Shown piece after piece: positions 1 through 4,530 of a stretch of DNA of 4,530 nucleotides. Source of the DNA: a virus (lineage: Duplodnaviria > Heunggongvirae > Uroviricota > Caudoviricetes); the IMG/VR virus record IMGVR_UViG_2657245448_000001, one strand, 5' to 3'. The translations under genes were made by a program, and so were the position numbers. Under the pieces are notes generated by a model. The model worked only from the letters and a program-made list of their open reading frames with translations, had not been told where the DNA came from and did not search any database. How positions within the stretch are numbered: position 1 is the first letter of the stretch; the number at the start of each line of letters is the position of its first letter.

Positions 1-406
1 AAACCGGTTGACGTTCAAGGAAATCGGCAGGTAGCGGGGATACTGACTGATAGCCGTCATAGATTTGTGGCGGCTGTTCAGTATGCAGCGGTAACATCGC
101 CAGGTCGCACTCTCGGTCACCCCAGTAGCAGGCCGGGTCGAAAATGTACTGATCCACGACTAACGCATCCGGCACGCTGTTACTGGCTTTTACCTGCAAC
201 CAGACCAGCACCAGATCGCCGCTACGTAACGAGTCCAGCGATTTGCAATCACCATCTTTTCCCAGAAATTTTATCTTCTGTGATGTGACAGTTTCACCGT
301 TAATAACAGTCATTCCGTCACCGGTCATCGTGTAGTTGCCGCACTGAATTGCAGCCATCGCCGGAGCAGTAACCATCATAACTAACGCCAAACATAACCG
401 TTTCAT
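1..406 (-). CDS. 5'-complete, 3'-truncated ORF (at least 135 codons): secreted small protein N-terminus running in frame into a fructosamine-kinase-family C-terminal segment; probable prophage/host junction ORF
   Basis: Hand translation of the minus strand from ATG (plus 404-406) to position 1 gives no stop: MKRLCLALVMMVTAPAMAAIQCGNYTMTGDGMTVINGETVTSQKIKFLGKDGDCKSLDSLRSGDLVLVWLQVKASNSVPDALVVDQYIFDPACYWGDRECDLAMLPLHTEQPPQIYDGYQSVSPLPADFLERQPV... Residues 1-18 are a classic Sec signal peptide (MKR, hydrophobic core, AMA before the likely cleavage site). Residues 87-104 (YIFDPACYWGDRECDLAM) match the conserved C-terminal motif of the fructosamine-3-kinase family. The ATG overlaps the upstream gene stop (TAATG) and is preceded by AGAGGG. 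It is absent from the ORF track only because it runs off the window edge. Confidence 0.6.
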   Translation of the reverse strand, partial: MKRLCLALVMMVTAPAMAAIQCGNYTMTGDGMTVINGETVTSQKIKFLGKDGDCKSLDSLRSGDLVLVWLQVKASNSVPDALVVDQYIFDPACYWGDRECDLAMLPLHTEQPPQIYDGYQSVSPLPADFLERQPV

Positions 407-1470
407 TAAAGCCCTCTTTCCCTCGCTGATGAGGAAACAAGATCCGCCGCGCCACGCGCTTCACACATCATATCCATGTACCACGCCTGGCCCCTTGTGT
501 CGCCAGTGTACATAATCCCGCGCACAATATAAACGCCATCCGTTGCGATGCTGGCAGGCTGCGATGTGGTGCCGCTGAGCGTGATATTTCCGTCCGTGTT
601 CTGGTCGGTGATCTGACCACCAGCCATCGCAATATCGTTGTTCGACAACGCGGTACGATAGACGGAAGCCTGATCCAGCTGAATGAGCCCGTTAACCCGG
701 ATGTTCGGATTAATAAGCGCGCGGACGTTTACGCCGTTACCGATAGTCTGCTGCGGCATTCCAATAAGCCCGGTAGCGCTGTTGAGCACAATCGCTTCGT
801 GAACATATTCGTTATTCACCACCATCTGGCGCTGACCGTCCACGAATTGCCATGTTGCGCCACATTGTCCGGCTACGTTATCCATTAGATGCCGCGTCAT
901 GCCAAAGAGTACCCGCCCCCGGGGGAATACAGTAGCAGGCATTTCAGGCGTCAGGCCTTCGGTCGCGCCTTTGGCTTCGAAGTCTTTCATCAGCGCACGG
1001 TTCACATCAGCGACCGTGTAACCGGCAGCCAGCGTCTGTGAGGTTATACTGGTAGCAAAAGCCAGATCAGTATCTGCTGCCTGAATCAGGACGTAGGTAT
1101 CAACCGGACTGTCTTTTCCTGTGACCGAGTAGCGAATTTCACCGCTGAAAATCAGTCCGTAGTTGCGGCCATCTCTCTGGCCCACGTCCGCCGCGTCAAC
1201 TTCCCGCACGGTCCCTACGTCGCTTGCTGACACCTCCGGCGCGATACCGTCGTAACCGGCAATCAGACGCACTTTCGAAAACTCCTGCCCGGTAATTCGG
1301 TTCACAGTATCTGCCGAGAGGTTATAAATTTTGATAGTCCCTACCCGGGACGCGCTGCTGATGTTGAACCAGTCGATCGTAAAGGTGACTTTGAAATCAC
1401 TTAGCTCAATTCCCTGACCGTTCCCGTCCACAAGCTGCAGCTCGAAATGTCTCATCCAGTTCTGTGACAT
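406..1470 (-). CDS. phage tail/baseplate protein, 354 aa (possibly gpD-like baseplate hub; family not confirmed)
   Basis: Complete ORF with ATG start (plus 1468-1470) and TAA stop (406-408). GGAG sits 5 nt upstream of the ATG, and the start lies 2 nt after the stop of the preceding gene. It is the third gene downstream of the tape measure gene in a coupled operon. The product call is positional inference; I do not recognise the sequence itself. Confidence 0.7.
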   Translation of the reverse strand: MSQNWMRHFELQLVDGNGQGIELSDFKVTFTIDWFNISSASRVGTIKIYNLSADTVNRITGQEFSKVRLIAGYDGIAPEVSASDVGTVREVDAADVGQRDGRNYGLIFSGEIRYSVTGKDSPVDTYVLIQAADTDLAFATSITSQTLAAGYTVADVNRALMKDFEAKGATEGLTPEMPATVFPRGRVLFGMTRHLMDNVAGQCGATWQFVDGQRQMVVNNEYVHEAIVLNSATGLIGMPQQTIGNGVNVRALINPNIRVNGLIQLDQASVYRTALSNNDIAMAGGQITDQNTDGNITLSGTTSQPASIATDGVYIVRGIMYTGDTRGQAWYMDMMCEARGAADLVSSSARERGL

Positions 1471-1472
1471 GC

Positions 1473-1775
1473 TTACTCCGTTGATACCAGTAAATGGCTG
1501 CGACCGCCCAGGTCAGTTTTTGTGGGGTAATCCTGTGTGTTGTCATCACAGACCACCACCAGCTTAAAACCAAGCCCCATACAGGCGTACTGCGCCAGCA
1601 GGTCAGCACCAGTGACGAGAGGAATACCGGAGATTACCGGCTCCCCTCTGTCGTTCTGCAGGTCCATAATCCAGTACAGATCGCGCCATATGATGCTAAT
1701 CCGCCAGGTGACACCACCCAGGACGATGCTGAACTGCTGGTTGTCCGCTGTCAGCGGAATTTCCTGAATTGTCAT
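1473..1775 (-). CDS. small phage tail protein, 100 aa (hypothetical)
   Basis: Complete ORF with ATG start overlapping the upstream stop (TAATG at 1773-1777) and a GGGGGG run about 8 nt upstream. TAA stop at 1473-1475. No recognisable LysM-type motif. Confidence 0.6.
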   Translation of the reverse strand: MTIQEIPLTADNQQFSIVLGGVTWRISIIWRDLYWIMDLQNDRGEPVISGIPLVTGADLLAQYACMGLGFKLVVVCDDNTQDYPTKTDLGGRSHLLVSTE

Positions 1776-2362
1776 TAGCCGCCCCCCAGTAATGACGCCA
1801 CGTTACCCGTGATGCTTTTCAGCAGTGAAGTATCTGGAGGCTTTGTGGTTTTGTTGCCGCTGTTCTGTACCGCCGACGTGCTGGCCCCTTCCTTCATGTT
1901 GGTTTTATCCGCGACGGTAATCTGCTGTGTCCGGGAGATAATGACCTCCCTCAGGGTGAGGACGGCGGACAGGACGTTTTCGGTTGTCTTGTCCGTCGTC
2001 ACTTCCAGCGCCCGGATCAACATGTTGCTGTACAGCCGTTTACCGGTTACCACATCGAAGGGGATACGGCTTTCCTGCAGACCCAGTAGCTCCTGATACG
2101 TCTGCTGAGGACTCAGGCCGAGCAGGCTGGTAGCCGTCAGGTTACTGGCAAAATCCAGCAATGCGCCGCCACCGGCGAAACCAACCTCCATCACCACTTC
2201 TGACGGTTTTTTATAGGCATGATCAGCGACAGCGGCCCCGACCTCTACCGGATGCTCTGTTATTTCAAGCATATCTGTATGCTTCTCTGAAATAACAACA
2301 CTGGGAACAATCATTCCTATTTTTCTGCTCTGCTGATGAAAAAGTGTAGAGAGAATATCCAC
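1775..2362 (-). CDS. phage tail protein, 195 aa, immediately downstream of the tape measure gene (possibly gpU-like tail-completion/baseplate component)
   Basis: ORF opens with GTG (plus 2360-2362) overlapping the tape measure TAG stop (TAGTG), with a purine-rich GAGGGTGGG stretch upstream. The first in-frame ATG (codon 17) has AGGA directly abutting it, so GTG is the more likely start. Stop TAA at 1775-1777. Confidence 0.6.
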   Translation of the reverse strand: MDILSTLFHQQSRKIGMIVPSVVISEKHTDMLEITEHPVEVGAAVADHAYKKPSEVVMEVGFAGGGALLDFASNLTATSLLGLSPQQTYQELLGLQESRIPFDVVTGKRLYSNMLIRALEVTTDKTTENVLSAVLTLREVIISRTQQITVADKTNMKEGASTSAVQNSGNKTTKPPDTSLLKSITGNVASLLGGG

Positions 2363-4503
2363 TAACCCACCCTCACCTGATTACTTCGCATGACCTGAGC
2401 ATTTGCAGACTGTTGCCGACGTGCAACCTCATTACCGACAGCGTGCGGATCTCCGCCACCGTAAATGTGGTAGGTATTTTGCTGGTTAACCTCTGTCACT
2501 TTGCCACTAATTCCCGCCACGGCAGCCTTATTAATCAGCTCTCGAGAATAGATATTTCTTCCATTCTCATGCTGGATAATGCTGCTCATCAATGCTGACA
2601 TGGTTTGCGGATCGCTCATATTCAGGGCAGCCCGGGGATCCACTCCCAGTCGTTGCGATACAGCCCTGATATACGCTGTTGTGTTGTTATTATCAGACGC
2701 AGGTGCCCAGGTAGAGATAATTTTCTCCACACTGTTTATTCCCCGTCCGGCGTACAGCATTAACTGACGAGCAAGAGCCCGTAATCCATCAAAGGCAGTT
2801 TCAAATCTGGCAAATCGCCCGCCCGGGCGTTCAAGAGAAGCCCCTGCCTGACCAGCAAAATTAAGGTTTCCCGGATTGTTATTCCGTTCTCCTCGTTTCG
2901 TAGCCTGTGCATATTGTTCCGGCTCAGCACCTGGAATATCTGACTGAATATTTGCGCCTTTTACGGTATGAGGATTACGACCAAAATCGGTATCAATGCC
3001 AAGCCAGCGCAATGAATCTCCAATATTTTGTTTCGTGTAATCCCAGGATGACTTCGCACTGGCACCAATATTTTCGCGATCAGAGTACAAATACGCAGCA
3101 TAAGCCATCCAGCCTTTTAACCACGGCGGGACCGGCAAACCTGATATTTTCCCGAAAGCCCCCAGAACCCTGGATACCCAGACACCCGCGATGAATGTAC
3201 CAAGGATTTCCAGTGCATTTTGCCAGCCGCCAACACCATCTTTTAGTTCCAGAAGGTGATCACGAAGCCAGGTGATCGCATCCTTCGCTTTATCTATTGC
3301 CGGTTGCCATTTTTCCCAGTCGATAAGACTGTTACCGCCTTCTTTCCATGTTTTGTAGTCTTCCCACAAGAGACCGAGAGCCACGATCAGACCGGTAATC
3401 AGCCCTATAGGTGACATCCAGAAAGTAGAGTTAAGTATCCGCATGGCGACAACCAGACCGCCGATAACCTCTATCAGGGTTTTCGTTTCGGCATCCAGTT
3501 TCCCCCACCACTCGATGATATCTCCGACACCATCGACTATCCGAAATGCTACCCGCCCGACTATCTCACCCAGCCAGAGGATCCCCTTTATGACCTTTGT
3601 GATGGTGACTTCAATTTTGGGAAAATTTTCAATTATCTTTTTGCGCAGGTTATCAATCTGCCCCGCCAGTCCGTCCGCAAGATTCGATCCGATTTTGTCC
3701 CGCGCCATCCTGGCCATTTCACCGAGCGATTTCAGCGAGGTCATAAACCGGTTTGACGATAAGGCAGCCTGATCGGCATTAAATCCGATCGCTTTCACCA
3801 TTTCTGAATACTGAGCGCTGAACTGCCCCACTCCGCGACGCATAGCCATCAGGGTATTTTCGTCAATGCCCAGCATCTGCGCATACTGGTTAGCCCGGTA
3901 ATACGGCATGCTGCTGAGTTTCTGTCCAACGCCCGTAAAGATAGCAGCCATGTCACGCATGTTACCGCTGGCATCACGGGTCTGTACGCCCAGGCGATTC
4001 AGAAAGCCTTCTGCTCCGGGATTGTTACGAATAAACCGGGAGAGGCTTTCCAGAGAAGATCGCGCAGCGTCCACACTGCCGCCAACCTGCGAAACCGCAT
4101 AGCCAATAGACTGAATTCCCTGGACCGTCGCGCCGGTGCGCTGTGACGCCCAGTAAAGATTATCCAGGCCGGAGGCGATCTTAGCCGTGAAGGCCACCAC
4201 GGACAGCGCAGCCCCTTCAACAGCCAGCCCCATTTTGATGACATTTGCAGTTGTACCGGCGAGGACAGAACCGAACTTTTTCGCTCCTGCATCATCCACA
4301 CGGAAGCCAAGCGAGACGAGGAAATCTTTAATAGTTTCAGCGTTAGCTCGCCACGTCGCGACCTGGAGTGAATGGCTGCTTGCCAGGACGGCTGATAAGC
4401 CCGAACAACGTGACCGTGGACGGCGGTGGTCCGACCCACAGCGTGTAGTTGCCCTGCAACGGCGGGTTACCGCGTTCGGCAACGCGGACGATATCGGGAT
4501 CAA
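2362..4503 (-). CDS. phage tail tape measure protein (up to 713 aa; true start uncertain)
   Basis: Long ORF with typical tape measure organisation. Residues 45-300 are Ala/Gln-rich and predicted helical. Two Trp/Gly-rich hydrophobic blocks follow (about residues 307-380 and 425-475, nt 3364-3585 and 3079-3231). The gene sits directly after a chaperone-like frameshift arrangement. The TTG start at 4503 is the ORF-track start, but the first 44 codons are Arg/Cys/Pro-rich and look like an out-of-frame read. No canonical start with a Shine-Dalgarno sequence sits where protein-like sequence begins (about 4370). Confidence 0.85.
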   Translation of the reverse strand: MIPISSALPNAVTRRCRATTRCGSDHRRPRSRCSGLSAVLASSHSLQVATWRANAETIKDFLVSLGFRVDDAGAKKFGSVLAGTTANVIKMGLAVEGAALSVVAFTAKIASGLDNLYWASQRTGATVQGIQSIGYAVSQVGGSVDAARSSLESLSRFIRNNPGAEGFLNRLGVQTRDASGNMRDMAAIFTGVGQKLSSMPYYRANQYAQMLGIDENTLMAMRRGVGQFSAQYSEMVKAIGFNADQAALSSNRFMTSLKSLGEMARMARDKIGSNLADGLAGQIDNLRKKIIENFPKIEVTITKVIKGILWLGEIVGRVAFRIVDGVGDIIEWWGKLDAETKTLIEVIGGLVVAMRILNSTFWMSPIGLITGLIVALGLLWEDYKTWKEGGNSLIDWEKWQPAIDKAKDAITWLRDHLLELKDGVGGWQNALEILGTFIAGVWVSRVLGAFGKISGLPVPPWLKGWMAYAAYLYSDRENIGASAKSSWDYTKQNIGDSLRWLGIDTDFGRNPHTVKGANIQSDIPGAEPEQYAQATKRGERNNNPGNLNFAGQAGASLERPGGRFARFETAFDGLRALARQLMLYAGRGINSVEKIISTWAPASDNNNTTAYIRAVSQRLGVDPRAALNMSDPQTMSALMSSIIQHENGRNIYSRELINKAAVAGISGKVTEVNQQNTYHIYGGGDPHAVGNEVARRQQSANAQVMRSNQVRVG

Positions 4504-4530
4504 GATTGATTTTTTGCCTGCCCGTCACTT
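4343..4530 (-). CDS. 3' end of the gene upstream of the tape measure gene, probably the -1 frameshift extension of a tail assembly chaperone (lambda G/GT or P2 E/E' type); 5' end outside the window
   Basis: This frame is open from the window edge to TAA at 4343-4345 (VTGRQKINLDPDIVRVAERGNPPLQGNYTLWVGPPPSTVTLFGLISRPGKQPFTPGRDVAS). The tape measure frame, which is +1 relative to it, ends a separate upstream ORF with AAG-TGA at 4530-4525. The GTG at 4528 is the first codon read after a -1 slip on a heptamer ending in AAG. There is no convincing ribosome-binding site for independent initiation. Confidence 0.45.
   Translation of the reverse strand, partial: VTGRQKINLDPDIVRVAERGNPPLQGNYTLWVGPPPSTVTLFGLISRPGKQPFTPGRDVAS
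4525..4530 (-). other. last sense codon (AAG) and TGA stop of a small upstream ORF in the tape measure frame; candidate 3' part of a -1 slippery heptamer
   Basis: The minus strand reads AAG TGA at 4530-4525. The -1 frame continues open for 61 codons. The heptamer 5' part lies outside the window. Confidence 0.35.

Noticed and set aside
67-288. Plus-strand 73-aa ORF
   Set aside because: It lies antisense to the minus-strand junction ORF. The product is Arg/Pro-rich with no ribosome-binding site, so it is a shadow ORF.
1406-1609. Minus-strand 67-aa ORF spanning the junction of the 100-aa and 354-aa genes
   Set aside because: Out of frame with both real genes, Trp-rich and non-protein-like.
1494-2096. 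Plus-strand ORFs 1494-1778, 1537-1767 and 1809-2096
   Set aside because: They are fully embedded antisense to the coupled 100-aa and 195-aa tail genes, with low-complexity Cys/Val/Ser-rich products.
406-2362. Assigning the three downstream genes to lambda M/L/K/I, to a LysM-type gpX, or the junction ORF to ogr
   Set aside because: Sizes and order do not fit the lambda set. The 100-aa protein has no LysM-like motif and the junction ORF has no four-cysteine zinc finger. Family names are therefore left as hypotheses.
2413-4102. Plus-strand ORFs inside the tape measure gene (2413-2598, 2579-2767, 2907-3194, 3443-3772, 3908-4102)
   Set aside because: All are antisense to the tape measure gene, a common artefact in long moderately GC-rich genes. 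The products are Arg/Ser/Pro-rich.
3999-4439. Minus-strand 146-aa ORF in the third frame
   Set aside because: Arg/Trp/Ser-rich junk composition, nested inside the tape measure gene in another frame, and closed by TGA at 4500-4502 just upstream.
1-4530. tRNA gene, CRISPR repeats, IS inverted repeats or an integrase near the putative junction
   Set aside because: No tRNA-like structure, periodic direct repeats or transposase or integrase ORF was seen. The window is continuous minus-strand coding.

Overview
The window is almost entirely coding on the minus strand and reads as the distal end of a phage (or phage-derived tailocin) tail operon. From right to left: the 3' end of a probable tail-assembly-chaperone frameshift extension, a tape measure protein of up to 713 codons, and three tightly coupled downstream tail/baseplate genes (195, 100 and 354 aa). 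A fifth coupled ORF starts at 406 and runs off the left edge; it begins with a Sec-type signal peptide and ends in a fructosamine-3-kinase-family motif, which I interpret as a prophage/host junction ORF. The gene-size pattern after the tape measure gene resembles the end of a P2-type T-U-(X)-D tail operon, but that is synteny inference, not recognised sequence similarity. No tRNA, rRNA, CRISPR array or IS element was seen. All plus-strand ORFs in the track look like antisense shadows.
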